Positions 49,969 through 64,000 of a DNA stretch of 64,000 bases are shown in pieces. The DNA is taken from assembly GCA_040954595.2 (NCBI GenBank), contig CM082595.2, forward strand, positions 124,001 to 188,000, read 5' to 3'. Every line of letters begins with the position of its first letter. Positions within the stretch are counted from its first letter, which is position 1. Source of the DNA: Balanoglossus misakiensis (taxonomy: Eukaryota > Animalia > Hemichordata). The position numbers and the translations under genes are program-made. Below the pieces are notes generated by a model. It was not told the DNA's origin, did not search any database, and was given only the letters and a program-made list of their open reading frames with translations.

Positions 49969-51335
49969 TTCGCTGGTGGCCGAGCAAATTTGTCCAACAG
50001 GCAGGCAATGACGATATGAACTTAAGATGCCTAGCAGTGGTAAAGTGTTTAATGCGACTGGTAACTGAATCCTAGGATCGATACCTGTTTGCAAATTCAG
50101 CGAGTTTTGCCGATCGTTTGGCAGGTAATGTATACTTTATACAAGCCTGCCAGGCACGATGCTTATTGAATTATGGCAGGTCACGTGCCAAACCTGACCT
50201 GCTTATGAACAGAGGCTGTACTTTGAAAGTTAGTCTAGAGGGAGCTTTCACATCTAACAAGTTGTAATTTGTACTCGTCTCCAAAACACCAGAATCTATA
50301 ACAGAAAATGAATTATGGACACACTGTTTACTTGACCAAACGCCACTCTCCTGTGTTTACAAAGAATATGTAGCTCCAGTATGCCCAGACTTTCATCTGG
50401 CCTCTGTACACACACAACCCAATACAAGCTGTCTATGTGGAATCCATATGTTGAATTTTCTGGGGTTGAACTCATTTCATTTTAAGAAACATTAAGAATA
50501 GATGAGTTTGTACAGTGTTCTCTTTACACCATCTGACTGATCATGTCCAGAAGGTATCAACAGATACAAACGCACCAGTAAAGTACTTGCACTATACACA
50601 CCTACGGTTTCGTTGCATTTTTTAATTCAAACAATGACCAAAGAAAATGTTTTCATCCTCAAATACAACAAATGTTGCTTGTCAATAAAGTGAGTGCAAT
50701 TATATCACAAGTTACCTTGGTTGCTTTGATTAATATCATCGAAACACGCTAGGCAGATCAAATTAAAGTGCTTTGTTGTTTTTGTTCGCATTAAACACGA
50801 CTCACACCCATCAATGGTAATGCATTTTGTAGATAACACCATAATCTCTTTAAATTATTAGTGAAATTGTTTATAAGTAGTTTTGAGATGCTTCATAGTG
50901 ATGTAAATTATACTGTCTGTTGAATACTAGAGTCTTACTCGAACCCATTGTTTTCAAACATTTATTTTCTGATAGGCTGGTGATACTGAATCTTGAATTG
51001 GATACAAGACATTTTTCATTAAAAACAGACGCTTTCACTAACTTAGCAGAGATACTATGTTTTATTACTCTTGTGAAAAATATAACCTATACATGTACAA
51101 AAACTGTACTGCAGTGTGTCCTACAAAATACATCTGTCAATGCAGAGATACATAGAAAATGTCCATTGCAACAGTTACTCAATATTAATGTTTTTCGTGA
51201 AAGACGACATGCAAAGATAGTGAGATTATAATTGGATCTAATTTCTGAAGCCTTGCAATTGTTGTCTGTGTGCAATACTTGTAGTGATGTAAATGACAAA
51301 GTAGCTTATGCAAATACCGGTAAGTCACATGCTCA

Positions 51336-54300
51336 TCATGTGATTTTCAGCCGACTGCCATAGACTGCCTTGATAAAGCCTTGTACTTGGTTGACTATGA
51401 TGTCGTAACCATCCAGCCATGGTTTCCGTTCTGAAAGATTTACTAGCCTGTGGAAGCAAACAAGCAGTTTTTGTCAGAAAAAAGGAGCTGGAAATGATAA
51501 ATGTGACAAACATTTCAAGAAAATCCCCCCAACCATTGCAGTAGAACACAGAGGAAAATTCACGATAAATTCATATTCACAGTAAATTGGTTTCAAGCTC
51601 ACCTTTTTATGTACTTGAGAAGCAAATCGACCATTTCAAGATTCTTATCATCAATCAAGTCACTCAAGTACTCAACAAACTGTTGGACATCTTCTGTTTC
51701 AGGATCTGTGGAGATAAGAACAAATACTATTGCCATAGTAACCACTCCTTTTCAAACTGACTTGTTTGTTCATGTCTAATGTGAGGGCAGACATGAATCA
51801 TTTATAATTCAAACATAAAGCTTTTCTCTCTTACAACTGTCTTGCTGATGAACTTGATATGAATTTCATCCAATGGTCATCAGTCATCACTAGAGTCTCA
51901 GCTCCTCAAGATCAAGGTCGACTTATTCTTAGAAATCTGTGGTGACGCATGCTATTAATACAGGCACACTTGATAGGTCAAAGGTCACTTACTTGTGCAG
52001 CTTTCAACCCATTCTTTGAGCAGTGTTTTCACATCTTGTAATTCCACTCTTCCACACAAATGAATTTTCTTTCCAGCAAACATAGCTTTGTCTTCCTGTG
52101 TGGAATTCTCCTCCTTCTCCTTAGTATTTGCCACTGTCTCAACCCATGAGCACGAACCCTCATCTCCTTTACCCCTTTCTTGTCCATCTCCCAAACAAGT
52201 GTCTTTGTTTCCATGGTGGCTGTTAGCCATATTGTTTGTATCATGGCTGTCGGCCATGTTATTTCCATGGTGACTGCCAACCACACTGCTTGTCCCCATG
52301 AACATGTTCTGGATGTTTCTCTGTTTAATTTTCCAATCTGTTTTCTGTTTTTGAGGACTGGTTTTCTTAGGTCTTCCCGGTCCTCTCTGAGCCTTTCCAG
52401 GACTCACTTTCTTCTTGGTTCCCTTCTTTGGGGATTTCAGTTTAAGGGGACTGCTCTTTTGCTTGGAAGAATCAGTATGCTTCAACTGATTGGCTTTCTC
52501 TTGGTATGCAGATTTCAACTCAGCTTGTAGCTCACTCGGTAATGCTTCCAGAAAGCTAGGGTCAATCTACATGTGAAATAAAAGTATGTCTTCACATGTC
52601 AAAAACTTCTATTATCAATGTCTTACAAAATGTAGATTAAACACATGTAATCAAACTTCACTGAAATGGGACTATGGTAGAAAAAAGTTTACAGTTTGGG
52701 CTAATATTAATTGAGAAAACAGCAAAACAATCACAAACCTGTGAGAATGAAGGAAGGGCTTCGATAGAACCATTTTTTGTCTGAATATTGCTTTCGTTCT
52801 TCACACTGACCCCACTAGGACCGGCTCCAGGATCGTCCGTCCACCTCACCACAGTCTTCTGTTTCATGGTTGGCGGGTTTACTTCACTGAGTTGTTTGAC
52901 GGTTTGTGCTTTTTCTTCCAGTTCCGTCAGCAACAGATCTTTCACGACTTCTGCCGGCAAAGCCTGCAAGACGGAGACATCCCACTCCGATGGGATGCTG
53001 GGCTCTTGTGCGACAGTGTTCCTACAACAAAAAGTGGGACAAGTTATTTTGACTATGCTGTACATGTAATTACAAAACAATCAACGCAATAGTTTACCAT
53101 TGTCCAGTTAACGGGAACTCGATCTTTTTCAGAATTTATGTTTTCTAACATTGCAACTACACATAGTCCACTCCTACCTGTCCGGTATTTTTTGGTTTCT
53201 GGCCGCATAGCCCTTCATGATCTGATCTCTGAGATTCTCAGGCAAGGCTGCCAAGACACTGGGATCAACCTAAACATAAAAGGAAACACCACTGTATTAT
53301 AAACAGTATATGCCAGCTGACCATGGTATCAGATCTGGATATTCTCTTACGTATACAATGAAGTCGTGCATCTGACAATGAAACTAGATGGTATTCCCAT
53401 AGCAACAAACCTGTGATGGCGACGGCAGATACAGATCTTCATCTTCTCTTGTTGCTGTAGTGGCTGAGCTTGTGGATGATGCTCCACTGGTTGCCATGGA
53501 AGCACTGGCAGAACTAGATACAGATGACTTTTTAAACAGAGCCTTGATTCCATGTTTTGATCTGGGAGAAGGTGTCATGAAGCTTTCTCTGTCTTCCTCC
53601 TGACCCATTGAGGGCGCATTACTGTTATTTGTGACAGGCTCTTGTGGGATGGAGGGCTTTGGCTCTGTTGACATTGATGGCTTTGGGATGTTTTTCATGA
53701 AGTCAAGCACAGATCTGGTCTGGGTCGCTTGTCCCCCGGGTTTGTTACTGCTGAGTCGGTGGATTTGAATTCCCATCTGATAGAAGACAGAAAATATGTA
53801 GTCTGTCAACAAACACAATGGGAGCTTGTGCCCGCAATATTTAATGGGCAAGTACAATGTTCAAGGCAATTCTGCAATAAAAGTATGAAATGTCATGTAT
53901 CAAAGGTCATGTGGAATACCCTCCTTACCCCTCTCAGTTCACACGCTGGTATTTTCATCTGTTTCAAGAGTGCCAAACTCTCTCGTCTGATAACCTGCAC
54001 TTGATCTGTGGGCATCACTAGTGTTGTGGACTTTGCCAAATTATCACATACTCCATGTCCCATGAACTTGGCCGTTTCAACAGGAGCACCAGCTTTACGA
54101 ACTTTCAGCTTCAAAGTGATTGTCTTGCCCTTCAAGTTGACATTGGCCAGTCTTTTCTGGACTTCTTCTGAAAGTTCACTGATGAATTTGTCTGCCTCAC
54201 TATCCTACAGATATCAAAACAAACAAACACTCACATAAATAAATAAATAAACATTTCACAAAAATCAAAGAAAAATGCTGATTTTTTTGGGCTTCAAAAT

Positions 54301-57300
54301 AGCACATTCTACTGAGTGCCAAGTCTGACTGTTGTGCCATCTTGCCACACTGCATCATGGGTACTGATTGATCTCTTGTGGGTGTCATGACCTCTGACCC
54401 TTACCTCAGTGAAACGGATGCCGTAGTTGATTTCTGCCGACACCGACTTCCTTTCCTGATCCACTCTGATTGGTCGATCATCAATGCCCCTGCAGTACTG
54501 ATACAACGACTGACCAGTTTTTGGTCCAAACTCCTTCTGTAAATTTCTCTGGTCGTACTCTTGCAGATCTGCGCAAGTCTTGACTCCCATGGTGCTCAGT
54601 CTGTGACCAAGTGACCAGCCTACACCTAAACATCATGGTTTGTGACAGAAGAGAATGTTTCAGTCATTCCAAATCTTGACTGGCACATATTTGTGAAATG
54701 AAATAATTTGCAGTGATAAATTCTTGCATCCATGTACAAAAGTGTTTCTATATAAAAAGTGATACATGCATGTAACTGCACATACAAAATATGTTTCTGC
54801 AATTACCTGGAAGATCCTTGACTAACTGGGTCGTGATGAACTCTGTCACTTTTTCGGGGGCAAGGTGGAACTGTCCATTAGGCTTAGCAACACGAGTGGC
54901 CATTCTGGCGAGGAGTATGTTGGAAGCTGTCAAAATACAGGTTTATGTAGAGATGCTGAAAAGCAGTGCAAACAAATACATACGGATACAATGTGTACAT
55001 AGGAAAAGATTATTAGTCCCATGTTTGTACTATTGTCCTTCCATATTTTAAGTTTCATTAATGATTGTACAAGTTCAGTGTAATGAGCACACCAGACATT
55101 ACCTAGGCCAACAGATGCTCTACAGCCTGTCTTCTGATATACCTCTTCTCGCAAGACTTCACTAAACTGCAGTGATGTGACTCTGGTGTCTTGAAGAACA
55201 TCGCCAATGTCCACCAGCATTTCATCACAGCTCACTGCTTCAATATCATGTGTATAGCTGTGAATGAAGACAATGAAATGTTCACAACAGATACAGAATG
55301 AGTTCAAGTACAGTCCTCATTCAAATCATGGGTGTACGGTACCGGTATGATGCAGACATGTACATATTAAACTTAGAATCAACTTAAACTGTATTGAACT
55401 TGTTAATAAAAGTTCGTCTTTTGATTTACCTTGCTACTGTCTCATAGAGGATTTGTGACACTTCTTTATATTTGTCAAAGTCGTACGGAATCGTCTTCAG
55501 TTCCGGACAAAGCTTCTTGGCTGTTCCCATGAACATTCCATTCTTGATGCCGGCTTTTCTGGCTTCATAGCTGCAGGATGCTATTTCTGCCATGGAGTTA
55601 AACTCTTCCGACGACTTGCCAATATCCGGTTTGGCAGCAATTTCCAGGGCACCCGAATCTTTAGAACTTTGCAATTCCTCAGTGATATCAAACCGACCAT
55701 GTGGTGTTTTGCCCTTCAAGCTTTTTTCTTTACGGAAATGGTTATAATACTCTCGCTCATATACAGGGTCGGTGTTAGTACGATCTGTTTGCGCGCCCCT
55801 TCCCTTGGAATGGGTTACAGCTACAGGTTTTCCGTTCAACTCCGGTCGAGACAGCAGTCCCACAGACACAAAGAAACAATCCATGTCAACATGCATTATC
55901 ACTCTACTGGTCTCACACACAACCAGTTTTTTTGTTCCTTTAACTTCACCAACCATTCCAGTCTCACTTCCAAGCTTTCTCAGTTTTTCTCTGCCAGGGA
56001 AACTTGTATCTCCCTCACTTTGTAATTTCTTGACAAGGGCCTTGTACTCTGCTCCCCACGTCGATATGTGGTGAAGTCTTGAATTGCTGTAAAACTCCGA
56101 CACAAAGTTTGCTTCACCAGCTTTGGCTGGTGACTTTTGCTCTTTGAACTTCAAACTTTGGCAAGGCGAGTGCTCTTTGTTTTTAACCTCTGATGTTTTT
56201 TTCCCACTTTCCAGATCAGTTTGAACTGGAATTTTGATGGCCAAAGTTTCTGCTGATGTAAGATTGCCTTGTTCTTGCTCACATTCCAAGGACTCTACTG
56301 ATTGGACAGGTGGCTCCAAGTCAGCATTCTGATTTGCTACATTACCTTTAACATCTGAAGTCCGATTGGCTGAATCTCCAGAAGCTGACGCCTGAATGCT
56401 GATTGCCTCTTTCCACTTTGATTCCTGACTTCCACCTTGACTGGTCTGTTCTCCTTTCACAGCTCTGCCAAATGGCAAACCTGGCTGAGCTTGGGTTCGT
56501 TGTGAGTAGAGTAGATAAGGTGTACAGGAAAGCAACTTTCCAGCTTTTATGCTGTAAAAACAAACCAAAAAATGGTAATAGGAAATGAATAAGAAAATTC
56601 TTGACACTATAATGTTCTGTCACAATAAATGCACATCTTCAGTTAAGATGGTGACCATAAGAAAAGGACACTAGGGGTACTGCTTCCTCTGCCTCTAAAT
56701 AGTCAAGTCACCTCAATGCAACTATCATTTTGTCATTTGTCAATATTTAGACGTAACTCTGAAAACATTGAAACTTTACATACCAGTCAAGAATCCACTC
56801 TGGTTTGACTACCCTCTCTCCTTTCAGCTCACGAATCTTCCCATGAGGCAAAGCTGATGCGATCATGTGTGTTACCGTGGTTTTACTGTAGTAGTATTGA
56901 TGTTGGCCTCCATGGAGCATCATCAGTCGTTTGAGTTCATCTGATGATGGAACTGAAATAAAAATACAAGTTGTGTGTAAATTACTTCAGAACCTGCAAC
57001 ATGATGACTGTTGGATGACTGGGAACATGTATAAAGAATGACCAATCAATCGAACACAGATTTGGAAAATGATGCAGTATTTCCAAAATGCTGTAACCAT
57101 GGATACTTACCTGTATACCCATTGATATATATTTTGACTCCTTCAAATATCTTGGAGCTCGATCCTTCTCGGTGTATCTGTTTTGGCGCATCTTCTCGGA
57201 ACTGTTCGTCCAACTTGCGCTTTTTGGCTGCCATATATCCACCCTAAACAGAAGAGAGAACTCTTGTTTTACTAAACCCCTACAGCCTGACAAGTACACG

Positions 57301-57556
57301 ACCGAGGTAAACAACGCCCAAGACTACTACAGTGCACGTACAATGTAAGCTAAAGTATTTATGATACTCAGTCGTGGGCCTATATTCCGGTTTTCTTTTC
57401 ATAATAATCTATTAGGAACTTATTGAACACAAAAATCGCATACAACTGAAAAGTCACTGCACTTCCGGGTTCGCCTCGCGTCCTGTGGTTGCCAAGTCAA
57501 CTTACATGTTCAGCCCAGCCGTCATCGGAAGCCAACTTTCTTCGTCCTCTACTCAT
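51336..57556 (-). CDS. REV1: Y-family translesion DNA polymerase / deoxycytidyl transferase REV1
   Basis: The N-terminus MSRGRRK..DDGWAEH|GGYMAAK is followed by a BRCT domain (IFEGVKIYINGYT, THMIAS, VKPEWI). Catalytic-region motifs are SRLHHISTW, MHVDMDCFF, EIASCSYEAR, EAVSCDE and RKSVSAEINYGIRF, followed by UBM-like motifs and a CTD ending YGSRLKIT*. Confidence 0.96.
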
Positions 57557-59289
57557 CGTATGTACTGGTTTCCCGTCTTTGTCAAAGTGCGACTGGAAAG
57601 AGCTGATCAAGCTCTTTATATGAGTTCATTGGCATCGATGACATCATGTGTGCACGTGTAAATGTTTTGATTTTCGCCAACATGCTGAGACTTGCATCAA
57701 GTTTGGTTGAAAGTTATTTCTTTACTCGGGATGCGATCTTGTCCTGACCGGTGAGGGCGATGATAGCATCAACTTGACTGTGTGTGCATGTACACCCTGT
57801 ATTTCTGAAAACGATAATTTAAAGGCAGTATGAGTATAAAGGGGCTGGCGGAGCTTTAAAGGTGTCCAACGGATTCTCAATGATTGATCTGTATGGAATC
57901 GTAAAACATAGCGTGACTCTTGGCGTAAGCACGATTCCCACAGCGCCGTAAACAGTAATAAAATCGAAGTTAGTGCATTGTCGTGATCACATATATCCCC
58001 CATAAATGCTTCCCAGGTGAGTTGTCAGGCGTTTACCGTTTGTAAAAACCCACGCTGGCTGTCGTAAAATGGCTAGAGCTCGAGTGAACAAAACGGGTCT
58101 ATTTTGATATTGTAATGTAAGCATCGGCTCTGAAACAACAAGCGATAAGGACACTGAAGTGACCCTTCTTTATCAGTTTCGCTTCCCGAATCTCTACTTT
58201 GATACGGGTACACTGACATGGATAGTGTTGGGTTTCCGTGACAACAGAGCTACATTAATATTATTCAGGTGATTAATGTAGTTGCCCCCGTTTCTTGCGG
58301 ATTGGAAAACCAGTTCCAACATAATAATGTACATGTGCTGCAGGAAAACACGGCTAATCCTTTTCTTATCAGCACAGGGGTAAAAAAATCAAAGTTGAAG
58401 TTATCTGATACTTTATTGTTAGTCATTTTATGATAGTGCTCTTGAAATACTATGGATGTTGTGGTAACAAAAGGAAAAAGAAAATTGAGGGAGAAGATTA
58501 CGCGAATCTGTATTAATTTTACTAATCACTAATGCACCAAAGGGATTGATCCAAACCCATTAATACTGTGTGCAAATAGAGGCTTATCTGGGTTCCTTAG
58601 GTTTTTCTCGTTGATTGTGAGTTCTATCCTTGGATGTAGCTTTAAGTTTTAATCAAAGGCGCAATGCAGTTATCCCATCCAGGCAAAGCGTGGCATCATA
58701 TCGCCATCTTCAAGGCTTCTTTTCCCATTACGATGGCTGGTGCAATTTTCACAACCAAGGTTAACGAGCTTGGATTTTGAGTATCACTGTGAACTAACAG
58801 CATACAGTCATAATTGCAATTTTGTGTGATAGGAAAAGGAAAAGTGCCACGCACACACAAAGGGGAAGGCAGTAATGACGGAACACAATTAAGAATCCAA
58901 TTTTCAACAAAATTCGTTCCGATGATTTGGCATTCATTCTTGGAAAATTATTACTGCGGGTTTATGACCATGTACCACATATTGTGTCTGCACACACCCA
59001 AGAATAATGCTATACATAAAGCTCGTGATAAAATCACGCTAACCTGGGTAAAAGAATCGTGAAATCACATGACAGCGTGACGTCACTATATTCAGAGAAA
59101 TCCGCAGCTTTAAGTATTTCTCACGCATAGTATGGATGGTTGTATTACTGAGCGGTTGCAGCGCATCGTCTGCTGCCAATGAATTTCAGTGATAGCGCAC
59201 GTGTCAATCGAATATCACTATTTTATTTCTGTACTACACAGGCTAATGCGGTACTCAGATAGCATGTTTTTCTGTCGGGTCGAGGCGAC

Positions 59290-60090
59290 ATGACATCGAA
59301 CGCGAGCGAAGCGGATGCCGAGGCTATCGAGTATGGAAACGCGGTCGCCTGGACCGCTGTGGTGGCGGTGAGCATCGTGCATAACCTCGTCTGCATGCAT
59401 GTCGTCGCCGAGTACACGGAGAAATGGAAGAGCAGTCATATGCTCATCTTCTCGCTGGTGCTGACGGAGTTCTTCAACTTGACCATGCCGCTGGCCATCA
59501 TGTCCATCATGATCGTGTCCAGATCCCAATGGAACACCACCAGCTGCCAGTTTCTGCTGTGGAGCCTGCTGACGTTTCGCGTGGTGGTGGCTCTTCATCA
59601 GGCCTTCCTGGCGCTCGACCGTGTGTGGTTTCTCAAGTGGCCGTCGGCCTACCGAGTGCACTTTGCGGCTCACCGAAGCAGCAAGACAGTGGTCTTCATC
59701 TGGCTGCTGAGCACACTGGCCGGATTCATGCCCATCCTCGGTTGGGAAGACACCCGTAATGCCGACGTTCAAGTCAACGGCAAGTGTCACATCTTACTCT
59801 CCGACATGGGACTCGGTTATGCGATCTCGCTGGAGATTCTCCTCTTGCTGACGCTCGGCGTCGGGACGACGTGCATCCTGGCCGCCGTCGTCGGCATCGC
59901 CTGCAAGTCGTCCAGGAACACCAGGCGTCGGCGAAGCTACCGCATCCCGTCCATAGTGATAGAGAGCGAGACGGGAGAAAGAACACCGGCGTTTGATGGA
60001 ACGATTGACGGGCGAACGAGCAACCAAGTCTGTCTACTTGTCTGTGTTCTCGTGCTGACCAACTACCTGGTCGATGGTGTACCTTTCGTT
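59290..60090 (+). CDS. Class A orphan GPCR, GPR153/GPR162-like; first coding exon (TM1-TM6), remainder not found in the window
   Basis: There are six hydrophobic segments. KWK after TM1, WNTTSCQ, LDRVWFLKWPSAYR, IWLLS..MPILGW and the ICL3 motif IPSIVIE...FDG resemble GPR153/162. A donor GTT|GTAAGT lies at 60090. Confidence 0.8.
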
Positions 60091-63000
60091 GTAAGTTATC
60101 TCTTAGTTATCACTCAGGCGTCGCCTGGGTAACAGTCGCTAAGGTAACAGATGAAGGTGCAATTTTTAAGTCTGGAATCTAAAGTGATAAATTGCTGAAT
60201 GTGCAATAATTTAATGTTTGCCTATTTCCGTGTTGAAAGTTCATGCAGATATCCTATTCATAAAATACACAAAATGTGTACTGATGTTTACCAGAAACCA
60301 TCAGTGCATCTACTAATGGACTAACAATGTGCCTACACCGTTGCATGCGACGGTGTTACAGTTCTGTGAAATCCGATCGTGAAATCGACACAGAAATCTA
60401 TCAAGGAGAAAAAAACAAATCCTGCGGCTATGACTTTGCACGGAATATGACTACAAGTTGTTTTTGTGACATATGTAGCCACAATAATGAAACCAGTTTA
60501 GAAAACTAGTCGTCATTGAATGAAAAAATGTAATAATCCAAGTTGCATGATTGACACAACGCATCGTTTCGCGTTCGCCTCGGAAATTGCCATTTGAAAA
60601 CCGCAATATATCACACGATATTAACATTCATGACGCGCACGCGTATTTCATAATTAATCTACCGAGTCAATCAATGCAGAAGTTCACATACGCGTGAGAT
60701 CTTCGTGGAATTGTGATCGGTTTCGGCAACGGCTATTGTTCCGCTGGACAGTACTAATCAACTCAATGAAGTGACCCTTCAATAATTCACCTGCTTGTAA
60801 ATTACTCTCATTTCTCTTCTCACAAAGACGAATACACAAGCGGATCATGCCAGATGGGCGTGCGTGGGTGATGACGCGTCGCCCATGGCAACCATGCACG
60901 CGTCTGGGGTCATTAATGTATTTGTACACATATCGGCAATGAAAACGTCCCTGCCCGGTCGCATAATTTGATGTATGCTGTGAAAAACGACATGGATATC
61001 TTTACTTCATGTGGTGCGGGTTTATTTTCCATCGCTTTTATGCCCTCTCCCTACCGCCTCATTTCTATATCTGTCTGAGAGAGGGAACACTGTTCACCAC
61101 TTACAGATAAGGCACTGCATCAACGTCACACAGGCATGATCGATACAATGAAAACTTACATGTCTCGAGGCTTTTATCTAAGACACTTTGATATCCCTTG
61201 ATATCAATGTTCGACCTTTGATATTTCCAGTAAGAGTCACGCATACAGAGTTTAAAGGTAGCTTGATCACGTGTCCCTGAAGGAAAATACTGTTCGTGTG
61301 CCGTATCGCTGACATTAGGCAATCGTGTGTCGTATACACTATTGATCATGATGACACATTTAATTTGTATGACGCTACGATGTCATATCGAGCACAGGTT
61401 TGAACAATGCAATGTTCGCCACTCAATGAACCGGTACGGTATCTATATACTAATAGCAAAGTTGTCTTTCATGTAAAAGATTCAGTTCTAAAATGAGCAT
61501 AATCGATTAAGTTTCATCATACCAGGGTCAGTATGTCCTGTGTAATACTTGCATACTAGTATAATGGTCAAGTATTAAATATAGTTAATGTTACTTGAAC
61601 CATGCAACGTTTTTGTGCCAACCGGGAAAAAATCGTGAAAAGTACTCGACGGGGTCCCTTTCTGCTTCATTTACATCGCAAATTCGAACCTTGTGACGCA
61701 AACCACTCTCTAGATAACAAAGTAAGTGAATTTCGGCTCCATTAAAGAGAGAAGAATTTTATTTCCAGGCAAGTAGGCAATAATTACGCTTGAGGAAACA
61801 CGGCCACAGCCAACGGTACATATTGTGAAGAAACACGACATTGCAAGTGATCTACTTGAGAAATGCTGAAGCCACAAACCATGGCAAATTTCCATAAACT
61901 ATATTGTGATCTGTCGTAGGGGAAGTGAAACGGAAGCCTTTGGTTCCACGTCATAATTTCTGGATTTTAATGGCATGCCGTTTCTATTTTCGCTATTCTT
62001 TTATGAACGTCGCCATTTCTTTAGATATTGACAAATAATGAGTTCGGGTCATCTTATCCCGAAGACGTGTCTTCAAAAAGTTCAGTTGCATTGACCTTTG
62101 CAGAGAAACTATATGTTCGTGCCTAAACAAGTTCAAGGGTAAATATAACCAAGGTAATTTGTATGGATATCGACTAAGGAATCGTGCCGAAGCTAAATAG
62201 AGAAAATGCAATAAGTCGACGCAAATATGCCTTTCATTCAATATGCAGATTTCCAATCCAGACTAGTAAAACTGAATCAGTGAATGTCACATTAAAATGC
62301 CATTTCTGACAATGGGCGCTTTAAATGGCCAAGGTTATATCTCGAAAAAGCTAACACCTTCAAGCTGCATTCGTACAATAATTGTTTCATTTCTGTCAAG
62401 CACGGGCTTTGGATTCGCGCAATGCAGTTAATTTGATTTTCATATACTGATTTCTACCGGGAATTAACGAGCATGTTTTAATATGCTAATTATATTCATG
62501 GTTGATACAGTAAGGGGAGAATTACCCATAATTGCTATATCGAAAATACACACAACAGGACCTTTCCGATTAACAGTTTCGTGCATCCATCAATTTCAAA
62601 AAATATTCAGGTTTTTGCCCTTGGCAGTTATGCATGTTGTAAACTGGATTCACAAATGTAAAATGTCAGGTTTGACGTCAATGCTATATTTCAAATATCA
62701 AAACACCTAAAAGCTTTCCACACGACACCCAAGTCAAGGCTGTCACTGTGGAAGAACTTCTCTGTCTTGAATAAAAAATAACACATTTACTCCGTGGCCG
62801 TAAGCTCTCTATGAGCGATAAGAGTGTATGGTCCCCATTTTTGCAAATCAAAATGCACCGGAAATTAAAAATAGTGAGAGAAAGTACAATATTCTTTTGA
62901 GAAAACTTGTAACAAAGACAGTTGGTATTCTACGTATGCAGGGTACTGATGACTGACTTAGCACATCTGGTCATGTGATCAGACTGAGCCAGTTTGGTTA

Positions 63001-64000
63001 TATCTGATGACGCAACGCGACTGCTCAGAACATTAGATTGAATGCACATATTACACTTTGCTCATTAAAATCAGGGCGTTCGCACTGAAGTAGGAATTCC
63101 ATCCAAATGACATAAAAATCCAGTATATTCTTGAAAGAAAGTGGTCTCGCGAGACTCTTTGCAGTATTTCATACGCAAACCAAGATAATTGCGCTGCATC
63201 TCAAGTCTATAAATGGTCGTTCAACGGATGTGACGACATACACGCAGCAATATGCCTATTTAATGATTGGCAACGTGAATCACGTCGTATATCATGATTT
63301 GGCCGTTATCTATTTCTGATTATTATAAATTTCATCCATCCATCTATCCAGCCAGCCACAAACCCACCCGAACACCTATTCATTCATGACGAATTTATCG
63401 ACAAATATTCAACTGGCTAACTTTAGGTTTATGATTACAAATAGCTTGTCAATAAAAACTTTAGCTTGCAACTCACAGGACTTTTGTACAAAGATCACGT
63501 AGGTCTCTCGAGTTCCAATTTGCCCTGTCTATCTTCAATCGACTTAACATCGGGCGTTAATGCTGAGCTGCAGAAGACCTGTTTTGACCGCATTTCACTG
63601 TTACTATAGTATTGCATTGTACTCATCAATTACAAGTGAACGTTGGAAAATCGATTCCCACAAATCCAGTATAAAGGAACAGATTTTATTCCTCTCGGGA
63701 TTTTCCATTTTTGCAATTTCCCGTCTCCCATTCGAGTGGATTATATTGACGTAGACAGGTTCGATAAATCGACAACACATTAACGCAGTATCCGCCTCGA
63801 GGATCAAAGTCTTTACCATTTTTCATATTTTGCTCGAGGAAACTAGTTATTCTCTCTTGAAATTGGCGATAACAATTGAGTGTCTTGACATATGAATGTG
63901 AACGAGAGCAAAATTTTCTCAAATTTGAAAGATCTCTTTGTTTGAGGCCCACAAGTTCTGATATCTAATATAATAATATCCTTGTAACATTTGAGGGATT

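Noticed and set aside
59218-60027. Antisense ORFs over the GPCR exon
   Set aside because: They are GC-rich shadow ORFs without motifs.
1-64000. CRISPR arrays, rRNA genes, autonomous transposon or retroelement ORFs
   Set aside because: I saw no repeat-spacer array, rRNA-like sequence, or transposase/reverse transcriptase motifs.

Overview
This is eukaryotic, intron-rich animal genomic DNA with GT-AG introns, AT-rich spacers, microsatellites and MITE/SINE debris. The gene content suggests a marine invertebrate deuterostome (inference). I reconstructed eight protein-coding genes by eye: (1) a DEG/ENaC channel carrying at least 8 LDL-receptor class A exons in its ectodomain (minus strand, runs off the left edge); (2) SCO1-like; (3) MTHFR; (4) a GH31 enzyme closely resembling bacterial sulfoquinovosidase YihQ, but with introns, a signal peptide and a cryptic 3' exon encoding a GPI/TM anchor; (5) ABCB1/P-glycoprotein; (6) a secreted protein with a microbial-type expansin module (DPBB+CBM63), a Thr-rich mucin stalk and an unrecognised C-terminal region; (7) REV1; (8) the first coding exon of a GPR153/GPR162-like GPCR. 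The best candidates for new biology are the domesticated, surface-anchored animal sulfoquinovosidase, the animal expansin-mucin chimera and the LDLa-DEG/ENaC channel. Exon boundaries were read manually, and family assignments rest on remembered reference motifs rather than database searches.
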